Shown here: piece after piece, positions 19,346-29,696 of the stretch
Layout: each line of letters begins with the position of its first letter
Position numbering within the stretch: the stretch's first letter is position 1
DNA from: a virus
Taxonomy: Duplodnaviria; Heunggongvirae; Uroviricota; Caudoviricetes
IMG/VR virus record: IMGVR_UViG_3300036770_007945
Span: 64,001-128,000 of that record
DNA: 64,000 nt
Direction: 5' to 3' (one strand)
Notes under the pieces: generated by a model
The model's database searches: none
The model's input: only the letters and a program-made list of their open reading frames with translations
What the model was told of the DNA's origin: nothing
Position numbers and translations under genes: made by a program

Positions 19346-19966
19346 CTAATCGTTATTATAAGTTAAGTCTGCGTTATTCAAAGTCTTTAAAATTCTATTT
19401 AAAGCCTCTTGGATGCCTACGTGTTCTTCAGAGTCTTTATCGATTAGATTAATAACTTTACTAGCTAAAGTTTTAGAGATGTTTTCAGATAGAGATCTAC
19501 TAATTAAGTGTTGCGCGTCATATAAATGATCGAGACATTCGTTTAATGCATTTCTCGCTTGAGTTAACATTATAACAGCTTCATCTCTTACCTCTCCTGG
19601 ATTAGAAGACTCATCTACTCTAGCTCCTACCTTAAGAGAAGCATAATTTATCGGAGCTTTCAATTCTTCTTCGGATGCGTATAAAATATAATCTTCATCA
19701 CTCTCCATATCACTTAAGATACTGTCGGTTCGGTTTTCTAGAGTCAAGTATATTTTAGGATTTCCTTGTATAGAGTGTTTATTAAAAAAATCTGAAATTA
19801 TTTCAGCAAACTCCTCTTCAAGCATTGATAACTCTTCGTCGGTAGCTTCCGCGCCAAAATCATCTATAATTTTGATTGCTAAAGCTCCGCGAGGCTTAAC
19901 ATCGATTAAAACATCTTCAACTCCTAGCAAAGTTTCTAGTTTTTGTTGTATTATTTTATAATTCAT
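19346..19966 (-). CDS. Hypothetical acidic head-module protein
   Basis: 206 aa ORF in the head operon. Confidence 0.55.
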   Translation of the reverse strand: MNYKIIQQKLETLLGVEDVLIDVKPRGALAIKIIDDFGAEATDEELSMLEEEFAEIISDFFNKHSIQGNPKIYLTLENRTDSILSDMESDEDYILYASEEELKAPINYASLKVGARVDESSNPGEVRDEAVIMLTQARNALNECLDHLYDAQHLISRSLSENISKTLASKVINLIDKDSEEHVGIQEALNRILKTLNNADLTYNND

Positions 19967-20048
19967 ATATTGTCAAATTCTAAAGTGTTTATGTATATGT
20001 TAAAAGAGTAAACTTATATAAAATTAAGTAATAAAGCTCCTAGCCATT

Positions 20049-22163
20049 CTAGATAATTCTTCGACTTGTATGTTCTTTGTATTCTTTATTTTGTTTTATC
20101 ACTTCTTGTTTATCTCTTTCTGCTAATTGTGTAGCTAATATGGTATTTACTTTTTCGTCTATTCTTCTAACCTCTTCTTTTGAAGCTTTTCTACTTCCAG
20201 TGGCTGTTTGTATTAAAGGAGTAAAAGCAGATTGCACACTATCGCTATTTAAATCTCCTATCTTTTTTCTGTTCTTCAAACCAATAAGATTTAGACTTGA
20301 ACCTTGAAATAGTTGAGGGTTCTCATTAGAGCTTCCTCTTTTAAGGCTTGGTGTTTGAGGGTTAACCATTGTTGGCGTAGTTGGGGTTAAAGGCACTTCA
20401 GGAGTCTCAATAGTAGCCTCCTTACCTTCTTCTGAAATACTTAAATCTTCAGTAGGAACTTCAGGAAAGAGGTCTTCCGAGTTTTTCTCTTCTGTATTTT
20501 CTTCTCCAAAGTCAGAATCCTCGAATTGAGATTGATAATCAGAAGACTCGTCTGTTTGAAAAGTCTCTTTATATTTTTGTGCTCTTATTTCAACAGCCTC
20601 TTCGGGAGGTGTATCATACTCTCGCAATAGGTCATCGACATCAACGTTTGCTGCAGTCAACCACATTCTATACGGTATAGGTATCCCTTGCTCTTTTAAC
20701 GCCATTAAAGTTTCCATCCAGTCTTTATCTACACGAGGTTTCAAGGCCTTGTGCCACATGATGGTTGGTATTTGGTATTTATCTTTCTCTTTGCGGGGTC
20801 TTTGAGAGAGCAACGGGTCATTTCGTAAACTTTCTTCTTCTATTCCTAAAACAATGTTAGAAGCTGTTACTTTATTGTTAGAGGTAGCTGTTTTATCTTT
20901 TAGATTATTTTGCTTTGCAAGATAAGGAAAAATAGTTTTATAGAAAACTTGATCTGTAATGTAAGTTCTATCCCATAGTAATTGTTCAGAAAATACCGAT
21001 AGAGCAGATTCCATACTTGCGTAATTCATTTCACCACTTAAGAATTGCTCATTTATGCCTAAGGCAACGATTTTCCCTCTGTTAATAAAATCGGATATTT
21101 CGTCCCAGCGCCAAAAATCCGTAGGGGTTCTTATTTCGTTTGTTTGAACATAGTTGTGTGTTGCTACTATTGCATCTGTAGGATCTAAATTGGCGGTTTT
21201 AAATGCATTACTAATTTCTCCCAGCGTTTCTGAATTAGGAAGAATAGTATCGTTACCAATCATTATATGCAGAATACTTTTTAATCTCTTTTCAGCTAAA
21301 TCTAAAGTGCCTCTGAAAATTCTTTTTTCATATTCATAATACTTTAAAGCTCTTGCGAAATAAGATACTGAACGTTTAGGAGAGTAAGATAGATCATTTC
21401 TTTCAATATATAGCGTTAGCTCTGGATCTAAAGGAATTCTAAAGTCGTCTCCGCAGGTATCTATAAAAGCTTTTAATCCTTTGTTATTATCTAGATATTT
21501 TGTAACTCTTACATCACCAGATTTTACCTTAGCTATAAAGGCTTTTAAGCTATCATCTAGATTGTAGTCAATGAGCGGAGGATCATTTAACACAGGGGTA
21601 TCTGTTAAATCGCATCTATCTAATTCAAGAGGCAATAAGCCTGTGAATTCTTTATCCTCTGGGTCAAACAGTAACGACTGTATGCCATTTCCGTATACAA
21701 AGTAATCCGCTAGAAGCCTACGCAATAGGTTTAAAGGTTTTAGATTCTCTAAGGATCTTTCATACACTCTTAAAACCTCTGGATCTGAAATACCACTTAA
21801 AGTAAAATCGGAGAATGGTAATTCTGATCTCAAATCTGCGGCGGTGCCACAAATATTATCAAAATAATACATGTCCTTATACTTTGTTCTTAATATCGTT
21901 GGATTAAAAACATCAACGAAGCCGTCTAGAAAGTTTGTTGTTGCGTGTTGTGGAGATGTTGGATTTGCAAAATTGACTTGTTGTTGGTATGAGGTCGCAT
22001 TATAACTACCGCCATAAAAAGCTGTAGTCTTTAACGGTTGTTCTTCTCCCTTCTTCAAAGAAATTACTTTAGCTGTTTCTGCTTTTTCTCTATCAACTTT
22101 GAGAAAACTCTTAGTCCCGTTGGTAGTTGTGACCATCTTGTATTGACCTATTTTTTCAAACAT
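20049..22163 (-). CDS. Portal protein
   Basis: Follows the terminase; ICGTAADLRSELPFSDF, ADYFVYGN, ALGINEQFLSGEMNYAS patterns of large-phage portals. Confidence 0.75.
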   Translation of the reverse strand: MFEKIGQYKMVTTTNGTKSFLKVDREKAETAKVISLKKGEEQPLKTTAFYGGSYNATSYQQQVNFANPTSPQHATTNFLDGFVDVFNPTILRTKYKDMYYFDNICGTAADLRSELPFSDFTLSGISDPEVLRVYERSLENLKPLNLLRRLLADYFVYGNGIQSLLFDPEDKEFTGLLPLELDRCDLTDTPVLNDPPLIDYNLDDSLKAFIAKVKSGDVRVTKYLDNNKGLKAFIDTCGDDFRIPLDPELTLYIERNDLSYSPKRSVSYFARALKYYEYEKRIFRGTLDLAEKRLKSILHIMIGNDTILPNSETLGEISNAFKTANLDPTDAIVATHNYVQTNEIRTPTDFWRWDEISDFINRGKIVALGINEQFLSGEMNYASMESALSVFSEQLLWDRTYITDQVFYKTIFPYLAKQNNLKDKTATSNNKVTASNIVLGIEEESLRNDPLLSQRPRKEKDKYQIPTIMWHKALKPRVDKDWMETLMALKEQGIPIPYRMWLTAANVDVDDLLREYDTPPEEAVEIRAQKYKETFQTDESSDYQSQFEDSDFGEENTEEKNSEDLFPEVPTEDLSISEEGKEATIETPEVPLTPTTPTMVNPQTPSLKRGSSNENPQLFQGSSLNLIGLKNRKKIGDLNSDSVQSAFTPLIQTATGSRKASKEEVRRIDEKVNTILATQLAERDKQEVIKQNKEYKEHTSRRII

Positions 22164-22203
22164 TAAGTTTTAATCCTAGTTAAATTGTTATCTCTTATTT
22201 GTC

Positions 22204-22488
22204 TTACTCTTCCTGAATTAACGGTAGACATATTCTTTCATTTACGTCAACTAAAGCATAGAAAGGGGTCTTATTGTGTGAACCGACAAGAACCTTTTGC
22301 AAATTCAACCCTTTGATAAGAGTATCGTAAGCAGTTGTAGTTGCGGCCTTAGTAGTTTTTTTATTATTTATATTTCTATTATTTAAGCTTTTATTCAAAT
22401 AGCCAGTAGTTGTATTCCTGTCCTGAGATTTTGTTGTTGCAGTTGCAAAACTCTCTTTGAGAAGAACGTCGTAATAATGATAGTGCAT
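22204..22488 (-). CDS. Hypothetical protein
   Basis: 94 aa ORF between terminase and portal. Confidence 0.4.
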   Translation of the reverse strand: MHYHYYDVLLKESFATATTKSQDRNTTTGYLNKSLNNRNINNKKTTKAATTTAYDTLIKGLNLQKVLVGSHNKTPFYALVDVNERICLPLIQEE

Positions 22489-22554
22489 ATAATAAACTTT
22501 TTATTCTTGTTAATTAAGATATTTTAAAATTAAGAGTGTAGTAGATACAAACAC

Positions 22555-24846
22555 CTACATAACTACTACACTTGTTCCTGTATATTTGGGTGTTCCTACG
22601 GCCTGATTGCTTGTTCCTCTAACAGACTGCACATAAGCAACCGGACCTCCTTGATTCAAAACAGGAGAGTTATTCTTAAGTTTCTCTCGGTATTGAGGGT
22701 TATTTAAAATATGAGCCATTAAAACGTTAGCCCTAAAAAGATCATCTGTTGTCTTTTCTCCTTTCTGAACTGTTTTATTTATTTCATCCACCACTGTCAT
22801 ACATTGGAAGAAGAAGTGTGTTATAGGGAGGTTGTAATATATATGAGGGTAAGAGTCTTCAGGGCAGGAAAGAAGTAAGTTCATACCACTAAACTGTTTC
22901 GTATCTTCTAGGGCAGGAAAAATCATCTGACTTGATAACATATTTTGCTTGTAGACATAGAAGTCTTCATACTTCAAAGAGTATGTCAATACTTCAATAC
23001 CGCTTAGTTGCTTTAACTCTTGTAAAAGTGATACAGACTGCCATCGATCAGCAGTCACTAGTTTAATGTTTAACCGCTCAATTAAAGGTTTAATAACTTG
23101 ATCCTTAAGAGCTAAAAAGTTTACTTCTGATTCTCGTGTTGGTATAATCTCACACAATCCCTCTGTAATAACTTTGTTAGTTTGCTCATCAAAATAACCA
23201 ATGGATATTGCTGTCGAGTTATTCTTCAAACCTAAATCTAAAGCTAGAACTCTCGGTAGTTTGTTATCATATTCTGCGTGTATGTTAATCGTGTAAGGAG
23301 AACCTCTGTCACCTATAGTGTAGTCAATGGTTATTAAATTTTTTAAATGCTTATGAAAATTATCTTGTAAGAGGCTTGGATTATCGAAGAAGGGGTTCTC
23401 ACTTAGAGGAGGTCTAGCGCCAAAATCTCTTTCTGCTTCGTTTGCATTATCTTTAAACTTAGACTGAATGAAAGCGCTCTTTCTAGAGAACATAGGATTA
23501 ATATCCCACGTCGGATAGACTACAGCGTAACGCCTAAGCTGTCTAGTTTTGTTTTCTGGCTCCTCTTTCTGTTTTGTTATATTTTTCACTAAGGTGCATA
23601 TTTTATCTGTAGCATGAGAAGGGCTAGAGATATTGACGAAGAGTGGAGTTGGTAAGTCTCGGTGTCTAGAATTTAAAGTTTCGAAAGCAGTGTTAAGGGT
23701 AGCCATTCGGTTATTTAGGGCTGCATATACTTCATCCGCTGTGATTACTCTCCCTTCAGTGTCCTTTGCCTTTAGAAATCCTATCTCGTCTATTACACCT
23801 ATGAATCCAGTTCTTCCTCTGAGAGCTGAAGGTCGTGGAGCTGCCATATTTAGTTTCAAATTTTTATGAAAGAACTCTATTGTTTCGACTTTATCGATGT
23901 CTACAAGCTTTCTTCCATACTTTCTACCATAAAACTTTAACATATCACAATACGAAGTGAACCAAGGGGATGCTTTAATGATATTGACTAAGTAGCCCCA
24001 AGTGCTTTCTTGAATTTGACTTTTATCTAAGGCAACGAAGGTTCCTAGAAAAATTGTAGGCTTTGCAACACTATAAGCATCAGCTACACAAGGTAATTTT
24101 AAAAACCTGTGTAAGGTGTAGGCTGCAAAAATTGCTGCCATAAGAGATTTTCCACTTCTTTGACCACAGAGAGCTGCCAACTCTGTATTATACCAACTTT
24201 CGTGAGTCTTCACAAACTCACGTTTTTCAGTTTTACATTTCGGGCAAACTCCATGCTCAAATAAAGTTACTCTCGTTAAAATAGTCTCGATCGAGTCTAG
24301 AACTTCAAAATTGTTTGCAACATAGTTTAGATCTGAACATTTAGGGCAGTATTCAGTGAATAAATTTAAACCTATACCTAACTGCCTTGCAAAAAGACCT
24401 GTCGCTCCAAGATTTAAGAACCTTCTACTGAAAACAAACTCGTGTAAATTTTTAGCTAGAGGAAAATCATCTTCAGGAAGACTTAATCTCAAAGTATCGT
24501 CTAGTAAGTAATTACTATAATCCTCGTCGCTGTTTTCGAGATCCCCGTTTAGATCAAACAAAACCTCTTTTTTCTGCTTTGAATGTTTTTTCGACTTCTC
24601 TTTAGAATTTGTTACTTCGGGGTTAAAATTTGTGTCAAGTTTTTCATTAGATTTCTTTTGTAGGCTAGGAGAGAGTCCTTTTTCGTTGCTGCCTTCTTCT
24701 CCTTTCGTTAACAATGCTTTATCTTTATTGCTGAGAAAGTTAACACAGCCTTTTCCTGCTCGCTTCTCTTCTCTGTGGCATGTCCAGTAAGCACTGCAAG
24801 CTAAACACGATTTTGTTGAGATCTCTATCTTTTTAATACTATCCAT
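22555..24846 (-). CDS. Terminase large subunit
   Basis: CGQRSGKS (Walker A), VIDEIG (Walker B), NISSP (motif III), LALDLGLKNNSTA (RNase H nuclease), ADRWQS, TDDLF. Confidence 0.9.
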   Translation of the reverse strand: MDSIKKIEISTKSCLACSAYWTCHREEKRAGKGCVNFLSNKDKALLTKGEEGSNEKGLSPSLQKKSNEKLDTNFNPEVTNSKEKSKKHSKQKKEVLFDLNGDLENSDEDYSNYLLDDTLRLSLPEDDFPLAKNLHEFVFSRRFLNLGATGLFARQLGIGLNLFTEYCPKCSDLNYVANNFEVLDSIETILTRVTLFEHGVCPKCKTEKREFVKTHESWYNTELAALCGQRSGKSLMAAIFAAYTLHRFLKLPCVADAYSVAKPTIFLGTFVALDKSQIQESTWGYLVNIIKASPWFTSYCDMLKFYGRKYGRKLVDIDKVETIEFFHKNLKLNMAAPRPSALRGRTGFIGVIDEIGFLKAKDTEGRVITADEVYAALNNRMATLNTAFETLNSRHRDLPTPLFVNISSPSHATDKICTLVKNITKQKEEPENKTRQLRRYAVVYPTWDINPMFSRKSAFIQSKFKDNANEAERDFGARPPLSENPFFDNPSLLQDNFHKHLKNLITIDYTIGDRGSPYTINIHAEYDNKLPRVLALDLGLKNNSTAISIGYFDEQTNKVITEGLCEIIPTRESEVNFLALKDQVIKPLIERLNIKLVTADRWQSVSLLQELKQLSGIEVLTYSLKYEDFYVYKQNMLSSQMIFPALEDTKQFSGMNLLLSCPEDSYPHIYYNLPITHFFFQCMTVVDEINKTVQKGEKTTDDLFRANVLMAHILNNPQYREKLKNNSPVLNQGGPVAYVQSVRGTSNQAVGTPKYTGTSVVVM

Positions 24847-24847
24847 A

Positions 24848-25549
24848 CTACTTTTTAATACCTTTAGTGTTATTACTCTCTCTTTTAGAAGTGTTATGAG
24901 GTTTAAAGAGATTTTGTTTAAGTAGGAGTTCCTCTAAGGTGTTCAACTTTTGAACGATGTTGCTTTTAAAACTCGTGTCCTCTGTATCTATGATACTTTT
25001 GTCGAAGCCAAAGTAGTTAAGCAGAGCCTTCCTGTAAAGTTCAAATTCTAATTCTTCTACCTGTGACTCTTTCTCTCCTTTAGTCAATAACTTCAAAAAC
25101 AATATTGATGTTTTAATGTCAGCAATTCTATCAACAACTCTCTGCAGAGCTTCTACTTTAACCTTAATATCCCCGAGGTTAAAATCGATTCTTAAAGCTT
25201 CTTCAATTTTTTCCAGTCCTCCTCGGAAGCCTAAAATGACGCTGAAAAGATCTAATACTTCCTTGAACACTCTATCTTCATTTCCACTTACTTTTGAATA
25301 AACACTCTCTAACTCAATTTTTTGGTTTTCTTGCTCTTCCGATTTTTTTCTTTTTGAGTTTTTTTGTTTCTCTGATGCTTCAGTTATTTTTTCTTCTCGC
25401 GAATCTTGTTCGTTTCCTGAGTGTGCCTCAGATTTAACTCCTACAACTCCTCTACTACGAGTGAAACCTTCATTCAGCATGTCAAGTATTTGGTTATCGA
25501 TTTTTTTTAGAGTTAATTCGGTATCTTCAGAACCATTTCTGTTATCCAT
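24848..25549 (-). CDS. Hypothetical protein, possible terminase small subunit
   Basis: Helical ORF abutting the terL start; call is positional only. Confidence 0.3.
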   Translation of the reverse strand: MDNRNGSEDTELTLKKIDNQILDMLNEGFTRSRGVVGVKSEAHSGNEQDSREEKITEASEKQKNSKRKKSEEQENQKIELESVYSKVSGNEDRVFKEVLDLFSVILGFRGGLEKIEEALRIDFNLGDIKVKVEALQRVVDRIADIKTSILFLKLLTKGEKESQVEELEFELYRKALLNYFGFDKSIIDTEDTSFKSNIVQKLNTLEELLLKQNLFKPHNTSKRESNNTKGIKK

Positions 25550-25607
25550 ATAATATAAATTAAAGTTTTTCTTTTTCTGTTATTAATAGTAGTTTAAATA
25601 AAATTCG

Positions 25608-26984
25608 TTAATCCTTAAAGAAAGATGTTCTTCTACTAACGTATTTTGCATCTCCTTTATTTTCTCCCTCTTTTGCGTATAAATGTTGTTTTCCTTCATC
25701 ATCACTAACCTCTGAAATTGTCATTGTTGAAAAGTTCATTTTGATATAGAAGGGGAAAGCTTCCGCCATTCTTGCTTTCTTCTGCTCGATTTCAACAATT
25801 CCGGATTCCCTACCTTTCTTTGTCATGACCCAGCTAAACGCATTGTTTGCATGCTCCAGCATACCCTTACTGTAACGTAATTCTCCTTCTTTATCGACTT
25901 GAGCAAGAGCAATAACCTGGATATTATTATCTGCAGCAAACACTTTACAAAATCTGGCGGCTTCCGACATTTTTCTCCACTGGTCTTCACCACCAAAACC
26001 TTTAAGCAATCCTAAATAATCTATAATAATAACGTCGTAGTTGAAGGGTTTCAACCCGTATAAAAGCTCCTCAATAGTTAAATTATTCATCTTGCATTTA
26101 TAGTCTTCGCAACCGCCTACCTCTAATAATCTATCTTGATACTTTAAAAAAGTTTCTCTTGCTCTCTCTTTTTCCCGTTTCGTCAGGTTTAATATATTTT
26201 TTAGACTCGTTAATGTTAGCCCCGTGACAGAACTAAATCTTCTCTCCATCAACTCAAAATCATCCATTTCAAGACTAACTAAACAAACGCGAAGCCCGGC
26301 TTCTGCCTGCGTCTTAGCCATATGCAAAGCTGTCAAACTCTTACCTCCACCAGTTGAAGCGGCTACTAAGGTTAAACCTCCTCTAGGCAAACCTTTATTG
26401 ATTGCATCAAATTTAGCAAAACCTGTTGGTATATAAATGTTATCTCTACTGCTAAGAATTTTGTCGATTAATTTACCGCTTTCTTCCTTATCCGTTACCT
26501 TCAATATGGAAGATATAAAATCGTCGTTGTTTGTGTTTAAAGCACTTAACTTATCACTTAAAGATTGAACCACTGATTTCGTATCAAAAGCTCCTTTGAT
26601 TAGAGTCTCTCCTAGAGAACTATGAAATTCGTGCAGTTTACGCTTTTTTTGATAATCTACAAGCTTTTCCGTAGCCGACCTACAGCTATCTAAATCTGTA
26701 ATAACTGGCTGTTCTCCTAAATAAAAAGCGCTGGCCTTCAAAGCACTTTTTATCTCAGAAGTAATGACAGGATCATGTAAGATGTCTATATCATTGGGCA
26801 GTTTGTTTCTTTCTTTTACTAATGTTTTTATCCTAACGTATACCTCTCTCCAATGAGGAATATAAAACATATCCGTTTTGGTTGTTCCAAGCAGAAAATC
26901 TCTTACTTGTTCAGGACCTTTTAGAAGAGATAAAATCGCTAACTCCTCTAGATCCGTATCATATAATATTATTTCGCTATCCAT
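25608..26984 (-). CDS. dnaB: Replicative DnaB-like helicase
   Basis: IPTGFAKFD, ASTGGGKS, VSLEMD, IIDYLGL, ALAQV, LEHAN. Confidence 0.9.
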   Translation of the reverse strand: MDSEIILYDTDLEELAILSLLKGPEQVRDFLLGTTKTDMFYIPHWREVYVRIKTLVKERNKLPNDIDILHDPVITSEIKSALKASAFYLGEQPVITDLDSCRSATEKLVDYQKKRKLHEFHSSLGETLIKGAFDTKSVVQSLSDKLSALNTNNDDFISSILKVTDKEESGKLIDKILSSRDNIYIPTGFAKFDAINKGLPRGGLTLVAASTGGGKSLTALHMAKTQAEAGLRVCLVSLEMDDFELMERRFSSVTGLTLTSLKNILNLTKREKERARETFLKYQDRLLEVGGCEDYKCKMNNLTIEELLYGLKPFNYDVIIIDYLGLLKGFGGEDQWRKMSEAARFCKVFAADNNIQVIALAQVDKEGELRYSKGMLEHANNAFSWVMTKKGRESGIVEIEQKKARMAEAFPFYIKMNFSTMTISEVSDDEGKQHLYAKEGENKGDAKYVSRRTSFFKD

Positions 26985-26987
26985 AAA

Positions 26988-27752
26988 TTACTCCATTGAA
27001 ACTATTAAACCTTCATCTAAAAATAATCCTGCCTCAAAAGTAGTGTTTAACACCTGAGAAGCTACTGCTAAAGGATCGAGACCTGCGGCTAAAACTATTA
27101 TATCTATAGGTTTTTGGGTAGCACTATATAAATTCAATATATCATTAAACTTTTCTAGTTTTAATTTAGAACTGTTCAAAGTTAAACCGTCTAGAATTAA
27201 AAGCTCACAATTACCCTTTGTTAGTCTATAATCTTCAGAGTCTCTTAGAATGTCATCAAAACCTCCTTTAACTGTATGCCATAGAGGATTTCGATATTGA
27301 AAATCTTTTTGCCCTTTTTTTGCGTTAGCTGCTACCGAGAAAAACGCAATCAATCCAGCAAGGAAACGAGCCTTCTGAAAATCTGTCACTCCTGCTATGA
27401 CATACAAATCATTATAAAGTTTCTCAGAGGAGGGCTTAACTACTTTTTCTAAAACTTGTTCTAGAAATTGTAATTGTTTCTCTGAGGAAACTGTTAATAA
27501 TCTATTATCTCTCTTTCCTCTTTTTACATACTCATATTTATACTCTAAAAGAGAGGTCCGCACGTCGAATGCAGGACATGAGGTTAAGTGCCTTATAGGA
27601 AAGTCATTAACTGCTAAAGAATCTATAAGCTTCTGAGATTTACTGTCTGAAAAGAGCTTATCTCTTGCATCTAAATCCTTACACCAATTCATAAAATGCG
27701 TTAGTTTAACACTACGAACACTCTCATTCGAGTTATTACTAGCTGTTTTCAT
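26988..27752 (-). CDS. Hypothetical protein, possible degenerate helicase loader
   Basis: Adjacent to DnaB; LLILDG Walker-B-like segment but no clear Walker A. Confidence 0.25.
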   Translation of the reverse strand: MKTASNNSNESVRSVKLTHFMNWCKDLDARDKLFSDSKSQKLIDSLAVNDFPIRHLTSCPAFDVRTSLLEYKYEYVKRGKRDNRLLTVSSEKQLQFLEQVLEKVVKPSSEKLYNDLYVIAGVTDFQKARFLAGLIAFFSVAANAKKGQKDFQYRNPLWHTVKGGFDDILRDSEDYRLTKGNCELLILDGLTLNSSKLKLEKFNDILNLYSATQKPIDIIVLAAGLDPLAVASQVLNTTFEAGLFLDEGLIVSME

Positions 27753-27828
27753 TTCTTTTAATTACTTTTATTCTTAATTTTACTGTAAATATAATTCTAA
27801 AGAAGTAAATTAATAAATCAATTAAAAT

Positions 27829-28251
27829 ATGCCTTTATCTACTAAAGAGCTTGTTCGCAATATTCCTAGAGAGCCCGACGCTAGAAATGCTCGATACGTT
27901 CACGTTTTTGCTCGAAAAGTTTTAGGGGTAGCCTCTTATTTATTTACTACTGTTACTAAGATTCCAGGAGACTTCACGAGAAAACACCGAATATGGATTA
28001 AAGACTTGAACGGCAAAGATGTAATGTCTACAAATAATGTTTGGGTCAGCTGTGATTGTGATAGGTTCACTTATGCTTGGGAAGTAGCTTTAACACGGAG
28101 AGGAGCTTCTTCTGTTCGTTTTAGTAATGGAGAGCCTCCTGTTAAGATTAATCCTCGTATGCATCCAGCCGCTTGCAAACACGTCTACAGGGTTCTTGCT
28201 GATATAGCACAAAATAAACGTAAGAACTCTAAAAAGAAACCTCCTCTATAA
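27829..28251 (+). CDS. SWIM-type zinc finger protein
   Basis: VSCDCDRF...ACKHV (CxC-xn-CxH). Confidence 0.7.
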   Translation: MPLSTKELVRNIPREPDARNARYVHVFARKVLGVASYLFTTVTKIPGDFTRKHRIWIKDLNGKDVMSTNNVWVSCDCDRFTYAWEVALTRRGASSVRFSNGEPPVKINPRMHPAACKHVYRVLADIAQNKRKNSKKKPPL

Positions 28252-28287
28252 ATAGAAAGGTTTCTTTTCAAAAATAAATCGATGCTC

Positions 28288-28962
28288 TTATGTTAGAGGT
28301 TTTTGTTCTATGAAATCTTCAACAACTTCCTCGATACGAACAGGAAGCTCCTCATTTAGTTCACGGACAGTGCGTTTTACTAAGTCTTCCTGATTTTTTA
28401 AAAATTTTAAAACTTTTTTCGCAAAATCCGCACGTAGTTGTAAATCTTTCTCTGTGATATCATTTTCCTTAACATAGTCTACAGAGATATTTCTAAAGTC
28501 CTCTAGATCAAAAGGACGAAGCAAGTCAGATACATCTATACAAAACCAACCACCACTTCTACCTTCGGCTACTACGGTTAACTCTTTACCTGTTAACTTT
28601 TCCCACAAATTTTGAACTTTAGTTTTTGTAGTATTAAAAGTTTCTACTAACTGACGTTCAACTTCACTAGCAACTAACATGTCAAAATCTCTCTCTGTTA
28701 TTGAGCCTTCGTAGTCCTTAAAATCTGGTGAAGAAAATAAATATACTTTTTGGTTAAAAGCTACATAATTAGTGTGTCCATAACGTCTTTGATGTTCTTC
28801 AATATATTCGAATAACTCTTCTATCACGGTATTTGTATACTCTAGAGAAGACTTCAAGCTAGATTTAACGCTTTTAATATCTCTCTTCATTACTTCTACC
28901 TCTTTTTTGATTTTCTCTTGGAGCTTTGTTGAAAGAGAAGTTAATAATATTTCATGTGTCAT
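28288..28962 (-). CDS. Leader-family protein A (paralog of 54011..54823)
   Basis: N-terminal LTSLSTKLQEKIKKEV leader; GWFCID...LRPF core. Confidence 0.6.
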   Translation of the reverse strand: MTHEILLTSLSTKLQEKIKKEVEVMKRDIKSVKSSLKSSLEYTNTVIEELFEYIEEHQRRYGHTNYVAFNQKVYLFSSPDFKDYEGSITERDFDMLVASEVERQLVETFNTTKTKVQNLWEKLTGKELTVVAEGRSGGWFCIDVSDLLRPFDLEDFRNISVDYVKENDITEKDLQLRADFAKKVLKFLKNQEDLVKRTVRELNEELPVRIEEVVEDFIEQKPLT

Positions 28963-28997
28963 ATTGTTTGTATTTTGAAAATTTTAATTAAATAATA

Positions 28998-29696
28998 CTA
29001 ATTTAAAATTAGAGACTTTTGTTTTATGAATAAATTCGCTTCTCTAGACCTTCGAGACTGTAAACCTGATAAGACTCTACTCTCTGGATTTCTAACTCTA
29101 ACCCAGCGACTGAACTCCGAGTATATTTTTCCCTCTAAGGTGTTTAGTCTTTGCACTTGTGTATCTCTTTGTATTTTTACCTGCAGATAAGAATCTATTA
29201 GTGCCCGTAGTTTCGAACTTTTAAAAGCGGCTTCACCTATATTATAAGTCAAAGATATTAAAGACGTTAGTTGGCTTACGTCAAGAAGTTCATAATAACT
29301 ATAATACTTGTCTTTGTTTTCCGGGCTTGTTATTCTATAACTTTTGAGGTTTTTGATAAGTTTTTCAACTCGCTCCTGGAGAAGTTTTCTTGCTTGTTCC
29401 TCTGTTATACGCCCGTGCATAAACTTTAAGTCTTTCTGGAGTTTAACTCCTACGGTTTCACCATAGCCTATAGTTAATACTCCTGCGCCGCAGTTATAGG
29501 CACGGCTTCTAAAACCTTCTTCTTTCATTAGAAAGGCTGTAGCTCTATCCAACAAAAGCTCTTGTTTAAGTCTCAAAGCTTCTAACCTTTGAGATTCCTG
29601 TTTGTAGTTTTTAACTAAAGGAAGAATTTTATAAAAAACTAACCACGAAGTTAGGAGGATCATTAACCCTGACAAAATGAGATAAACTTTATGCAT
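28998..29696 (-). CDS. GH24 phage lysozyme with N-terminal TM segment (SAR-type endolysin)
   Basis: YLILSGLMILLTSWLVFY anchor; EEGFRSRAYNCGAGVLTIGYG gives an E-x8-C-x5-T triad; SLTYNIG; GLQSRRSRE. Confidence 0.85.
   Translation of the reverse strand: MHKVYLILSGLMILLTSWLVFYKILPLVKNYKQESQRLEALRLKQELLLDRATAFLMKEEGFRSRAYNCGAGVLTIGYGETVGVKLQKDLKFMHGRITEEQARKLLQERVEKLIKNLKSYRITSPENKDKYYSYYELLDVSQLTSLISLTYNIGEAAFKSSKLRALIDSYLQVKIQRDTQVQRLNTLEGKIYSEFSRWVRVRNPESRVLSGLQSRRSREANLFIKQKSLILN

Noticed and set aside
3085-26984. Additional inteins or introns in nrdA, terL or dnaB
   Set aside because: Lengths and motif spacing are normal, and no C/S...HN boundaries were seen.
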